A DNA stretch of 64,000 nt. Source: Octopus sinensis (Eukaryota). Below the pieces are notes generated by a model, which was given only the letters and a program-made list of their open reading frames with translations, ran no database searches and had not been told where the DNA came from. Below are positions 1 to 12,439 of the stretch, piece by piece. The stretch spans positions 19,530,001 to 19,594,000 of the forward strand of contig NC_042999.1 of NCBI RefSeq assembly GCF_006345805.1. The letters run 5' to 3'. The translations under genes were made by a program, and so were the position numbers. The stretch's first letter is position 1. Every line of letters begins with the position of its first letter.

Positions 1-224
1 CTAAACAACATTCAATAATACCTTTTAATAATAAATGGAATTAGCAATAACGATGATGATAATAAGGAGACAAAAGAGGCCTCACACACTTTGGGTCAGC
101 AGAGGTCAAATGTATTTACTACTACTAGCAATCATTGAGAGCTCTGACCTTGGCCTTGAAAAGAAGCAATTCATCTGGTTCTATTTTTAATTACTGATAG
201 AAAAAAATAACATACATACATATC

Positions 225-487
225 TATCATCATCATCATAGTTTCACATCCGCTTTCCATGCTAGCATGAGTTGGACAATTTGACTGAGGGCTGGCGAAC
301 CAGATGGTTGCACCAGGCTCCAATCTTGATCTGGCAGAGTTTCTACAGCTGGATGCCCTTCCTAACGCCAACCACTCCGCGAGTGTAGTGGGTGCTTTTA
401 CGTGCCACCAGCACGGGGGCCAGTCAGGCGGTACTGGAAACGACCATGCTCAAATCTTTTTACATATGCCACCAGCACAGGTGCTGG
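225..487 (-). mobile_element. RTE LINE 3' end fragment
   Basis: Matches the 3' terminus of the RT-bearing RTE at 8091-10622 (CTACAGCTGGATGCCCTTCCTAACGCCAACCAC, GGTGCTTTTACGTGCCACC units); (GAT)n tail on minus strand. Confidence 0.8.
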
Positions 488-564
488 TAATATATATATA
501 TATAGACATATTGATGTTCACTACTATTATTATCATCATCATCATTATTATTATTATTATTATT

Positions 565-1030
565 ATTCGTTTAAAGTACGTTTTCTATGCTGGCATGAGT
601 TGGATGGTTTGACTGAGGCCTGGAGTGCCAGCAGTTGCACCAGGCTCCTGTCTGATCTGGCAATGTTTCTACAGCTGGATGCCCTTCCGAATGCTAACCA
701 CTCCAAGAGTGTAGTAGGTGCTTTTTACATGCCACCGGCACAGGAGCCAGGTGAGTACTGGCATCAACCACGATCGATTGGCGCTTTTTATGTGCCACCA
801 ACACAAGAGCCACTCAGGCAGACATGGCGTCGACCATATGTACATGGTGCTATTTACATGTCACTGGCATGGGATCTAGTCTGGGGGTACTAGTGTCGGC
901 CAAGTTCGATTGGCGCTTTTTACACGCCACCAGCACAGGTGCCAGTCACGGGGCACTGGCCACAGCTACAATATTAGTTATATTTGGCTCAACAGGTCAT
1001 CTCAAGCATATCATATCATCCGACGCATCA
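565..1030 (-). mobile_element. RTE LINE 3' UTR fragment with tandem units
   Basis: Same terminal sequence plus about 4 GGTGCTTTTTAYGTGCCACC units. Confidence 0.75.
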
Positions 1031-1175
1031 GGGGTATTCTTAATAGGGCCAGACATGCGTGGCTATGATCTCAGTGACTGCATATCTCCAAAGGGGGCTG
1101 GCAGAATCATGATCACGCCGGGCAAAATACTCAGGGACATTTCGTCCATCTTCATGTTCCGAGCTGGCTTGCAAT

Positions 1176-1345
1176 GGTTTGTTTACATCCCCATAACTTA
1201 GTGGTTTGGCAAAAGAGACCAATAAAATAAGTACCTGACTTCAAAAGAAAAACAAAGCGACGTAAATGCTGGAGTTGATTTGTTTGACCAAAATCCCATC
1301 AAGGTAGAACTCCAGCATGGCCACAGTACAATGGCTGTAACAAGG
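1176..1345 (+). mobile_element. SINE type A 3' half (diverged)
   Basis: TTTACATCCCCATAACTTAG...CCAGCATGGCCACAGT shared with >20 copies in the window. Confidence 0.65.
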
Positions 1346-1635
1346 AATACAAATAAAAGATAAGATCATTAGAATAGTCGTTATTACCACCATTATTAAT
1401 ATTGTTACATACAGCGTCTTTATTGTCATCATCATCATCAACATCATTATTCACATTACCTTTATTAATTTCCTTATCATCATCATCATCATCAACAGCA
1501 GGAGCAGAATCAACCCCTATCACCATCAATGTAATTGTTTGTATAACGAACACAACAAGTCTTGGTTTTGTTTCCATAAATTTCTTTTTTTTCTTATTTA
1601 GCACTTTCATTATTAACTGTACTTACATCTACTAA

Positions 1636-1668
1636 ATCATCACTACCACCATCATCATTATCATCATC

Positions 1669-1701
<33 letters not shown>

Positions 1702-1892
1702 ATCATCATCAATACCAGCACCACCACCAACATCATCACCATCATCATCATCATCACCACCACCACCACCACCATCATCATCACCACCACCATCATCATC
1801 ATCATCATCATCATCAACACCACCACCACCAACAACAACACTATCATCATCATTATCATCATCATCATCATCATCACCACCACCACCACACC

Positions 1893-1923
<31 letters not shown>

Positions 1924-2135
1924 ATCATCATCATCATCATCACCATCATCATCATCACATCATCATCATCATCTCATCATCATCATCACACCATCATCAT
2001 CATCATCATCATCATCACCATCGTCATCATCATCATCATCATCATCAGCATCATCATCATCATCACACCACCACCACCACCAACAACAACACTATCATCA
2101 TCATTATCATCGTCATCATCATCATCATCATCACC

Positions 2136-2169
<34 letters not shown>

Positions 2170-2258
2170 TCATCACCACCACCATCACCATCATCATCAT
2201 CATCATCACCACCACTACCACCAACATCATCATCATCATCATCATCACCACCACCACC

Positions 2259-2292
<34 letters not shown>

Positions 2293-2332
2293 TCATCATC
2301 ACCACCACCACCACCACCATCATCATCACCAC

Positions 2333-2364
<32 letters not shown>

Positions 2365-2446
2365 CCACCACCACCACCACCACCAACACCAACACCATCA
2401 TCATCACCATCATCATCATCATCACCACCACCATCATCATCACCAC

Positions 2447-2480
<34 letters not shown>

Positions 2481-2493
2481 GTCGTCGTCGTCA
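1636..2493. repeat. Compound (CAT)n/(CAC)n microsatellite, about 850 bp
   Basis: Directly visible; explains the poly-M/V ORFs. Confidence 0.97.
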
Positions 2494-2959
2494 TTGCCAT
2501 CACACAGTTGTAAGAAGCTCCACTAACATTGTAGCCTCGTTACTTTTTATTGCCGCAATTAAATGACACACAGAAGAAATGAAACATATTCTGGCTGCTT
2601 CCTCAGCAGCTGTACTTTTACCAATTTTGGTTTTTTATTATATTCCTTTAGATATCATCTCTATTAGTTCTATATTCTACGACACCATCATCGCCATCGT
2701 CTGCAGCACCACCTTAACCATCAAAACACTTCTGCTTTTATGATTACCATTATCATCAATAGCTGAGCACATCTTCACATGGAGCAAGCAAAGGAGCCTC
2801 TACATGGCCTTCTCAACTTCCTAAAAGTAGCAGCAAGAATTTTCTTTTATCTTACCATTTTAAGATTAAACAAGAGAACATATTGAGTTATAGAGTCATA
2901 TATACCCTTGCGAGTACTTTAGTCTTACTCTATTACTTGTTTCAGTCATTTGACTGTGG

Positions 2960-3285
2960 CCAAAATGGAATCTATTTTGTTCAAGAATTCTATTTTTTAA
3001 TCATTTTGGAATCTATTTTGTTTTTTGCTAGTTAATTTTACTTAATTTTTCTTTGTTTTCAGATCATTAAAATGGAATGTCAAGTTAAGAAAAACAACCA
3101 TTTTCGACACCTACTTCTTTTTGCTTTTAATCAAAGCACTAAGGCTGCAAAAGCTGCTCGCAACATTTGTGCCATGTATGGAGAGGGTGCCGTAGCTGAA
3201 AGAACCACACGTGATTATTTTTTATCAAATATTTTTTTAAATTTTAATTTAAAAAAACAGTGGGAACTTAGCTGCCAACCCAATA
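2960..3285 (+). mobile_element. Internally deleted mariner element (transposase N-terminus joined to 3' TIR)
   Basis: ORF 3072 begins MECQVKKNNHFRHLLLFAFNQSTKAAKAARNICAMYGEGAVAERT, a mariner N-terminal HTH; ends in GGGAACTTAGCTGCCAACCCAA-TA. Confidence 0.8.
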
Positions 3286-3295
3286 TATATATGCA

Positions 3296-3490
3296 TATGT
3301 CTGTGTGTCTGTGTTTATCCCCCAACCATCACTTTACAACCAATGTTGGTGTGTTTACGTCCCCATAACTTAGTAGTTCAGCAAAACAGACCAATAGAAT
3401 ACAAAGAATAAGTCCTGCGATCGAATTCTTTGACTAAAGGTGGTGCTCCAGCATGGCCGCAATATATTTGATTAAAAGAAATGAAAGAAT
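3296..3490 (+). mobile_element. SINE type A 3' half
   Basis: Similarity to other copies. Confidence 0.7.
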
Positions 3491-3702
3491 ACAAGGCCAT
3501 TTTTGTCATATATGAGGCTATTTTATTCAAAAACCAATTAAAAACGTAATGCCAAGGAGTTTAAGTCATGTAACCTGTGTGACTGGACATTTACCAGACT
3601 ATCTCCTTCTGAGGACGGGATTTTGTGCCTGAGATATAAAGGATATAAAGGTCTTTGTTAAACTTTCCACATTGTCAGAAGCTTTCTTATTTTTCCCTTC
3701 AA

Positions 3703-3822
3703 CATGGTTCTGGGTTCAGTCCCACTGCATGGCATCTTGCGCAAGTGTCTTCTACTATAAACTCGGGTTGACCAAAACCTTGTGAGTAGATTTAGTAGAG
3801 TGAAACTGAAAGAAGCCCAACG

Positions 3823-3857
<35 letters not shown>

Positions 3858-4480
3858 GTATATACATATATACGTGAGATATGTATTAGTTTGGCAACTA
3901 AGTTCCCACTGTGTTTTTAAATTTTGGAATCTACTTTTTCGAGAATTCAATTTTTGAATCATTTTGGAATCTATTTTGTTTTTTCTTTTCTAGTTAATTT
4001 TACATAATTTTTCTTTATTTTCAGATCATTATCAATTTTTACTCATTCGTCATCATTTGTATGTGTGTGTGTTTGTGTGTGTGTGTGTGCGTGTTAGTCT
4101 TTGTGTTTCTCACCCCCACAATTGTTTTGATAACTAATGCTGGTTATGTCTCCGTAAGGTAGATGTAGCAGTTCAGCAAAAGTGACTGATAGAATAAATA
4201 CCAAATTTCAAAAATAAGTACTTATCATCATCTTCATCATTATCATCATCATTATCCCCCTCCTCCTCATCCTTATCATCATCATCACCATTATCCTCAT
4301 TATCATCATCATCATCCCCTTCCTCCTTCTCCTCCAACTCCTCATCCTCATCATCACCATACAATGTCGGTCCTCCATGGAAGTCAACATAATAGGGATT
4401 GATTTTTTTTATTCCACTTCAACCCTATGAAGCAATGGTCCAGCATGGCTGCTGTCCAATGACTGAAACAAGCAAAAGAC
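3703..4480 (+). mobile_element. SINE type A split by a mariner fragment and a (CAT)-rich tract
   Basis: 5' part 3703-3825, 3' parts about 4070-4220 and 4395-4480. Confidence 0.6.
3884..4031 (+). mobile_element. Mariner 5' TIR and 5' UTR fragment
   Basis: TA-TTAGTTTGGCAACTAAGTTCCCACTG is the inverse of the TIR at 3255-3285; downstream sequence repeats 2960-3070. Confidence 0.75.
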
Positions 4481-5431
4481 ACTGCTAAAACATCATTTAG
4501 AAATACCAACACTTACATGGTGTTGCCAACTCCTCTAAACTCACTGAATTACACATTATCATTCTGAATTGCGTACCAACTCATTTAGCGTCTCAGCACC
4601 CTTATCTATATCCCAAACAAGATTTTGAGGTTCATAATGCTTTAATAAATTTTTATATAATTTAAGAAAGCATGTGATTTAAAACTTCAATTAATTTAAG
4701 GAAATTAGAAGCAATTCTCATAAATCATCTTTCTTTGCTTAATTGTTTAATCAAAAATAAAATTGACAGCTATTTGTGAAAAGGATTTTTACAGGTGATA
4801 TGAGTTTCATGTGTCGTCACGTTTGATCGGATTATCAGTTTGATGACGACAGGTATTGTGGTCTCCTTTGGTTACTTGTCATTTCAATTTTTCTTTTATG
4901 ACATTCTCTTACACCATTCGCTGGAATATCAATGGAAAGCATCGCTTAACGACAGATGATTGATTGATGTTTGGTTTGTTCAATCATACATCTTCATAAA
5001 ACGTGGATTTACTAAAGCCACCAAGTGAACCAACATCTAAAGGGTCGTTTAATTGGTTAGGAATAGGAACCAGATCTCTCTTGTAACCACATCTTATAAT
5101 CGTTACAAAGGACATGTGGGATAATGTGATCCAAAGTAAAAAAAATTCCTGAATATAAAAAAAAAACGTCTAAAACAAAACAAAACAAATGAGACAATCA
5201 TGGTTTCAATTCCTTTGATCCTGGATCTGCTTGATCAGAGTTTATTCAGGGCTTCACACAAATATGCTTCATAAAAATGAACCCACTGTTGTTGCCTATA
5301 AATAATACTTTCAAGCTCATCCAGATATGGAGAAGTGTGAAAGAAGGTCAGATAGGGTTGAGGTACTTTGGTTGTTATGATTGTTTGAGCAGCAAAATGA
5401 AATTTGGAAAGAAACCAAATAGGTGCTATAT

Positions 5432-5625
5432 TCTTTTCTAGTCTAACCAAGGGCCTAGTTGATTAGATCGATCCCAGTATGCAACAGGTACTTAATTCAT
5501 CGGCCACAAAAGGATGAAAGTCAAAGTCGACATCAGCAGAATTTGAACTCAGAACGTAAAGAAAATGAAATATCACTAAGCATTTCGCCCAGTGTGATAA
5601 CATTTCTGCCAGCTCACAGCCTTCA
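5432..5625 (-). mobile_element. SINE type B (tRNA head, Meta/Sauria-like core)
   Basis: Reverse complement of GAGCTGGCAGAA...GTTCTGAGTTCAAATTC...CTTTCATCCTT. Confidence 0.7.
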
Positions 5626-5777
5626 AACTGGTGCAATAATAAAACAGTTTAAATAAAAAATATCATCTTCCATCATATTAACATTCCTTTGAAAGAATTT
5701 GATTTCACACACATCCAATGAAATGTGTTCAGTAAAACATTTGTCATTGCTCCCTCACAATTTCTGCATATTTCTTT

Positions 5778-5935
5778 GTGCTGGTGATGCGTAAAAAGCA
5801 CCATTCGAGCATGCTTGTTACCCGTGTCACCTTACTGGCATGCGTTGAAATGGCAGCCCTTCAGCTTACAAGCTATGGTCAAACTCTCCAGCCATGCCAG
5901 CATTGAAAAACAGATGCTAAATGATGACGATAATG
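5778..5935 (+). mobile_element. Degenerate RTE 3' end
   Basis: TAAAAAGCACC unit and terminal CAGATGCTAAATGATGACGAT. Confidence 0.5.
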
Positions 5936-5936
<1 letters not shown>

Positions 5937-5983
<47 letters not shown>

Positions 5984-6768
5984 GTGTATGTGTGTGTATG
6001 TATATAAATATATATATATATATATATATAACATATATATGTATATCAATATCTATTTTTCTGTCTACATACATATATATATATATATATACAGGTATGG
6101 CTATAAGTCATTTTACCCATTTGTGTGTGTGTGTGTGTGTGGTGTGTGTGTGTATGTATGTATGTGTGTATGTGTATAAATATATAGATAGATAGAGAGA
6201 GAGAGAGAAATAAAGAGAGAGATAGCTAGATAGAAAGATTGATAGATTGATAGTCTTCTGGTATATATGCTTACACACATGCAACACACACACATACGCA
6301 CATGCACACACACACAGACACACACGTGCAGTAGTAATTTTCCATGTCTGAAAATAAAAGGTTCCCCCCTCACCCTCACCCCCAAAAAACTACGAAACAA
6401 ATAACAATGAGACATTTAAAAATAAATCAACTACATTATAACAAAAGCAGTCACTTCAGCAATAATAAAATTGTCTTTGATTTTATTCAATTGAGCTGAT
6501 CAAAGAATATATATACTAAACACACACACACACACGCACACACACACATTTTTCATCTACATGCACACACACATACACATAAACACATATGTACATACAC
6601 ACACACATATAGACACAGTACGTATACATTTATTTATAAACATATGTATGCATTATATATAAACTTATATATATGGGTATATATACGTTATATACAAACA
6701 CACATATATATGTGTGCGCATATGTTTGTAGCTGTATATATGAAAGTGGGAGCATATATATAAATGAA

Positions 6769-6823
<55 letters not shown>

Positions 6824-6935
6824 GTATGTATGTACATATGTATGTATGAGTGTGTGAGTGCATGTATGTTTATATATATATATATATGTGTATGTATGTA
6901 TGTATGTATGTATGTATATATGTATGTATATGTAG
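5937..6935. repeat. Mixed (TG)n/(TA)n/(TATG)n/(GATA)n microsatellite field
   Basis: Directly visible. Confidence 0.9.
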
Positions 6936-7104
6936 ATATCTTATACAGACATATTCTTAGGGAATAACAAAAATAATTGAGGCAATACATGAAGTAACAA
7001 TGTTGTAAGTAAAATAAATGTTTGAAGTAATTTACAATTGGAATAAATTGGTTTGTCTCAAGAAACAGGTGGGGAAAACATCAAACATTGCAATATTCAT
7101 CAGA

Positions 7105-7330
7105 TGTGTGTGTGTCTGTGTGTATGTATTTGTGTCTATGTTTGTCCCCCCACCATCGCTTGATAACCGATGTTGGTGTGTTTACGTCCCCATAACATAG
7201 CAGTTTAGGAATAGTGACCAATAGAATAAGTACTAGATTTGCAAAGAATAAGTCCTGGGGTCAGTTTGTTTGACTAAAAAGGCAGTGCTCCAGCATGGCT
7301 GCAGTCAACTGACTGAAACAAGTAAAAGAA
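7105..7330 (+). mobile_element. SINE type A 3' half
   Basis: Similarity to other copies; GACTGAAACAAGTAAAAGA tail. Confidence 0.8.
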
Positions 7331-7522
7331 TGCATATATATGAAATGAGACTATATTTTCTTTAATTTACACCATGTTTGTCAGTCTCCAAATGATGCCA
7401 TATTTCATAGATGCTGATGTAGCTGTGTGGTTCAAAACCATTTTTTGCAACCATGTGGTATCAGGTTCTGTCCCACTGCACAATGAACTGAGCAAGTGTT
7501 TTCTGTGAGAAGGCCTAAAATT

Positions 7523-7935
7523 AAGGCAGCGAGCTGGCAGAAACGTTAGCATGCTGGGTGAGATGCATAGCCATATTTCGTCTGCCGTTACGTTCTGAGT
7601 TCAAATTCCGCCGAGATCAACTTCGCCTTTCATCCTTTCGGGGTCGATAAATTAAGTACCAATTACGCACTGGGGTCGATGTAATCGACTTAATCTGTTT
7701 GTCTGTTCTTGTTTGTCCTCTCTGTGTTTAGCCCCTTGTGCATAGTAAAGAAATAGAAATAGGTATTTTGTCTGCTGTTACGTTCTGAGTTCAAATTGCA
7801 CCAAGGTCGACTTTACCTTTCAGGATCGATAAATTAAGTACCAGTTATGCACTGGGTTCGATGTAATCAACATAATCCCTTTGTCTGTCCTTGTTTGTCC
7901 CCTCTGTGTGTAGCCCCTCATGGGTAATAAAGAAA
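7523..7935 (+). mobile_element. SINE type B with tandem duplication of the body
   Basis: GGCAGCGAGCTGGCAGAAACGTTAGC head, B box GAGTTCAAATTCC, core CCTTTCATCCTTTCGGGGTCGATAAATTAAGTACC; body repeated from about 7762. Confidence 0.8.
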
Positions 7936-8090
7936 TAAGAAGGCCTGAAATAGGTGTTAGTGAAGTTGTAGAAATATTTTCTCAACCAATTTTGACTCTT
8001 TCAGGAGGTATATCTAGGAATCAAATCTGACCACAACACACATGGTCTTCCAACAGCAACCCTCTCCAGCTAGAGTTTGACCAGCTGAAA

Positions 8091-10622
8091 CATCATCATC
8101 ATCATCATCATCATCGTTTAACGTCCGTTTTCCGCGCTAGCACGGGTTGGACGGTTCGACCGGGGTCTGGGGAGCCAGGGGCTGCCCCAGGCTCCAGTCT
8201 GGTCTGGCAGTGTTTCTACAGCTGGATGCGCTTCCTAACGCCAACCACTCCGCGAGTGTAGTGGGTGCTTTTTACGTGCCACCTGCACAGGTGCCAGAGG
8301 GGTCTGGCATCGGCCACGATCGGTTGGTGCTTTTTTATGTGCTACCGGCACAGAAACCAGTCAAGGCGGTGCTGGCATCGGCCACGTTCGGATGGTGCTT
8401 TTTATGTGCCACCAGCACAGAAGCCATTCGGGGCAGGGTTGGCATCGGTCACGTTCGGATGGTGCTTTTTATGTGCCACCGGCACAGAAGCCAGTGGAGG
8501 CTGCATTGGCAACGGCCACGTTCTGATGGTGCTGGCGGGGTTGGCAACGGTCACGTTCGGATGGAGCTTTTTATGTGCCACCGGCACAGAATCCAGTGGA
8601 GGCTGCACTGGCAACGGCCATGTTCAGATGGAGCTTTTTATGTGCCACCGGCACAGAAGCCAGTGGTGGCTGCACTGGCAACGGCCACGTTCGGATGGTG
8701 CTTTTTATGTGTCACCGGCACAGGTATCACAACTACAACTGTTTCCATTGATATTTGGTTCGATTCTCATGTACATGGACATGCACTTGACTCAACAGGT
8801 CTCCTCAAGCACAGCGAGATGTTCCGGGATCCCACGATCGGTTGGTGCTTTTTATGTGCCACTGGCACAGAAGCCAGTGGAGGCTGCACTGGCAACGGCC
8901 ACGTTCGGATGGTGCTTTTTATGTGTCACCGGCACAGGTATCACAACTACTGTTTCCATTGATATTTGGTTCGCTGTTCATGTGCCACCGGCACAGAAGC
9001 CATTCGAGGTGGGGTTGGCATCGGTCACGGTCGGATGCTGCTTTTTATGTGCCACCGGCACAGGAGCCAGGGGAGGCTGCACTGGCAACGGCCACGTTCG
9101 GATGGTGCTTTTTATGTGTCCCCGGCACAGGAATCAACAACTGTTTCCATATATATTTGATTCGATGTTCATGTATCGATGTTCATGTATATGTATATGC
9201 ACTTGACTCAACAGGTCTCCTCAAGCACAGCGAGATGTTCCGGGATCCGGGGTACTTTGGATGGGCAGGGGGTATGCGGTACTGGTGCCGGAAGCATCTC
9301 GGGTCTTAGTAGTCACAGCACACCTCCAGAGATCTCGGTCCTTCGCCATTGCCTCAGTGAGGCCCAACGCTCTGAGGTCATGCTTGACTACCTCATCCCA
9401 TGTCTTCCTGGGTCTACCTCTCCCCCTGATTCCTTCAACTGTTCGGGAGTGGCACTTCTTCACACATCTCTCCTCATCCATCCGCAGTACATGACCATAC
9501 CATCGCAAGCGTCGCTCTTGCACACCGCGTCTGATGCTTCTTATGCCTAGCATTTCTCTCAAGGTGCTTACACTCTGTCGTGCATTCACACTGACATTAC
9601 ACATCCAGCGGATCATGCTAGCTTCATTTCTTTCAAGTCTACGCATGTCCTCTGCAGTCACGGCCCATGATTCACTGCCGTGAAGCATGGCGGTTCACAC
9701 ACATGCATCATACAATCTACCTTTCACTCTGAGTGAGAGACCCTTTGTCGCCAGTAGGGGTAGGAGCTTTCTAAACTTTACCCAGGCTATTCGTATTCTA
9801 GTGGTGACACTCTCTGTGCATCCACCCCCACTATTAACTTGGTCACCCAGGTAGCGGAAACTATCAACTACTTCTAGTTTCTCCCCCTGGAGTGTGATGG
9901 AATCTGTTTTTTTAGTGTCTGTGGTGTCTATTGTCCCTATGCATCTGCCGCACATGAAAGCTATCTTATCAGTTAATTTCCCTTTGATGTTGCTGCATCT
10001 CTTATGCGTCCATAGCTTACACTGGGTGCATCTTATGGAGTTTCTACCTACACCTTTCTTACAGCTCGAGCAGGGCCACCTGCCCGATGGGGTGTGTGCT
10101 GAGTTCGCCTTTCTGCATACTATAACTTTGGTCTTCGCTACATTTACTCTAAGGCCCTTAGATTCTAACCCTTGTTTCCACACCCGAAATTTCTTTTTTA
10201 GTTCCGGTAGTGATTCTGCTATGAGGGCCAGGTCATCAGCATAGAGGAGCTCCCAGGGGCAACCTGTTTTGAATTCCTCTGTTATTGCCTGGAGGACTAT
10301 GATGAATAAAAGGGGACTGAGGGCCGAGCCCTGGTGTACCCCTACTTCAACCCGAAATTCTTCACTATATTTGTTGCCAATCCTAACCTTGCTGACAGCC
10401 TCTCTGTATAGAGCCTGTACAGCCCTTATTAGCCATTCGTCAATCAACAGTTTCCGCATCGACCACCAGATAAGGGATCGGGGAACCCTGTCAAAGGCTT
10501 TCTCCAAGTCCACAAAAGCTATGTAGAGGGGTTTATCTTTAGCTAGGTACTTCTCCTGCAGTTGTCGGACCAGGTATATAGCATCAGTGGTGCTTCTACC
10601 TGGCACAAAACCGAACTGCATC
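8091..10622 (-). mobile_element. 5'-truncated RTE-clade LINE with long tandem-repeat 3' UTR and (GAT)n tail
   Basis: RT motifs QFGF, FVDLEKAFD, GVHQGSALSP, YADD, FRYLG; RTE C-terminal LRWYGHVLR and GRPRKTW. Confidence 0.93.
9221..10621 (-). pseudogene. RTE reverse transcriptase C-terminal half with one in-frame nonsense codon
   Basis: ORFs 9695-10621 and 9221-9688 share a frame; TGA at 9695-9697 corresponds to CGA (ACVRTAM) in the copy near 42705. Confidence 0.9.
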
Positions 10623-10623
10623 T

Positions 10624-10900
10624 CCTATTTGAAAATGATACCAGGCTTACCATCCCTACAGGAAGTGCAAAAAATCGTGTTAACTGGAATGGCTCATGTA
10701 CTGAGAAGAGCATTATTGCTGTGAAAACAACATCCATTCATGAATTTATTAATTTATTAATTTTTTTAAATACATATTTTACCTGTGAATTTGCATGTGT
10801 AATCTGGGAATGCATGCAATGAGCTTCTCTGCCCTAGGTGTATGGAAAACACTCGGTGAGAAACGGAAGAAAATTTGAAGAAAGAAGGAAGAAAAAAAAT
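10624..10900 (+). mobile_element. R4/Dong-like LINE 3' end
   Basis: Encodes YLKMIPGLPSLQEVQKIVLTG..HVLRRALL; followed by (TAA)n; near-identical to 37092-37445 and 38968-39321. Confidence 0.8.
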
Positions 10901-10914
10901 ATAATAATAATAAT

Positions 10915-11100
10915 AATCCTTTCTGTTATTGGCTCAAGGGGCCTGGAATATTGTGGGAAAGGGTTAGTCAATTGCATTGACTTCAATGCTCAACTGATGC
11001 GTATTTGATTGACCCTGAAAGAATGAAAGGCAAAGTTGATCTCAGCAAAAATTTGAACTCAGAATGGAACAAAGGTCACTAACCATTTTGTCTTGCACAA
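10915..11100 (-). mobile_element. SINE type B (diverged)
   Basis: GACCCTGAAAGAATGAAAGGCAAAGTTGA...TTTGAACTCAGA. Confidence 0.6.
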
Positions 11101-11199
11101 ATGGCAAATGATGAGGACAATAATAAGGATGATGATGATGGTGATAAGGGGTGTAGTGTCCTTGTAATAGTGGTGTAGAGGTGGTGGTAATATAAAGGA

Positions 11200-11288
11200 A
11201 GTAGTAGTAGTAGTAGTAGTAGCAACAGCAGTGCCAAGAGCAGCAGCAGAATCAATCATACTAGATGCAGCAGTAGTAGTAATAGTAA

Positions 11289-11357
<69 letters not shown>

Positions 11358-11446
11358 AGTAGTAGTGACAGCAGCACCTGAAGCAGTAGATTAGTAGTGA
11401 CAGCAGCAGCTGAAGCAGTAGAGTAGTAGTAGCAGCAGCAAGAGTT

Positions 11447-11477
<31 letters not shown>

Positions 11478-11520
11478 CAACAGCAGCAGCAGCAGTAGTA
11501 GTAGTAGTAGAAGGAGGAGG
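11200..11520. repeat. (TAG)n/(CAG)n microsatellite
   Basis: Directly visible. Confidence 0.9.
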
Positions 11521-11925
11521 AATAGATTTTTCTGTTTTTTTCTGTTTATTTCTTTTCCCAAGAAATACAAAACGAAAAACAAAAAAAAAAATTCAAGAAA
11601 CGTGCAAACAGTTAAAAAAAAATACAAGATAAAGAATCGGATGAAACATTAAAAATCCTAATTTCCACAGACTTTACCAATCTGAGAAAGTAGACTTTCC
11701 ATTTCCCAAAAGAATTAAACTTGTAATTACATTGTACTATTTCAGCAAAGAACTTCATAAATAGAATATTATCAATAACAACAACAACAACAACAACAAC
11801 GACAGTAACAATAACAAGAACAAGAACCATCAGTTGTGAAGATTATGAAAACACAAAAAAAAGAATGAGAAAAAGAAAAAACATGGACATGAAGAAAACT
11901 ACTCAGCAGATGTTTAAAATCATAT

Positions 11926-12132
11926 ATACTCTTTTACTTGTTTCAGTCATTTGACTGCGGCCATGCTGGAGCACCACCTTTAGTCGAGAAAATTGACCCC
12001 AAGACTCATTCTTTGAAAAGCCCAGTACTTATTCTATCGGTCTCTATTGCCGAACCGCTAAGTGACGGGGACGTAAACACACAGCAGCATCGGTTGTCAA
12101 GCAATGCTAGGGAGACAAACACAGACACACAA

Positions 12133-12169
<37 letters not shown>

Positions 12170-12326
12170 CATATATACGACAGGCTTCTTTCAGTTTCCG
12201 TCTACCAAATCCACTCACAAGGCATTGGTTGGCCTGGGTCTATAGCAGAAGACACTTGCCCAAGATGCCACGCAGTAGGACTGAACCCGGAACCATGTGG
12301 TTGGTTAGCAAGCTACTTACCACACA
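11926..12326 (-). mobile_element. SINE type A, near full length (tRNA head, CORE-like segment, internal microsatellite)
   Basis: A box TGTGTGGT and B box GGTTCAGTCC; CTTGGGCAAGTGTCTT resembles the start of the CORE domain; (AAAGAGTA) tail. Confidence 0.85.
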
Positions 12327-12327
12327 G

Positions 12328-12397
<70 letters not shown>

Positions 12398-12439
12398 TAA
12401 TAATAATAATAATAATAATAATAAACCATGCTTTCCATT

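Noticed and set aside
1632-2503. Poly-Met/Val or poly-His ORFs
   Set aside because: Trinucleotide microsatellite; frames shift within the tract.
4795-4852. Exon-like segment between TTTTACAG and GTATTG
   Set aside because: Stop codons in all three frames; no other support, though a non-coding exon cannot be excluded.
8263-9130. CRISPR-like repeat-spacer array
   Set aside because: Spacers are homologous to each other, the array is the 3' UTR of an RTE LINE in animal DNA, and no cas genes are present.
8147-9309. 271-, 313- and 155-aa plus-strand ORFs
   Set aside because: Antisense readings of the GC-rich tandem 3' UTR; the same peptides recur at every copy.
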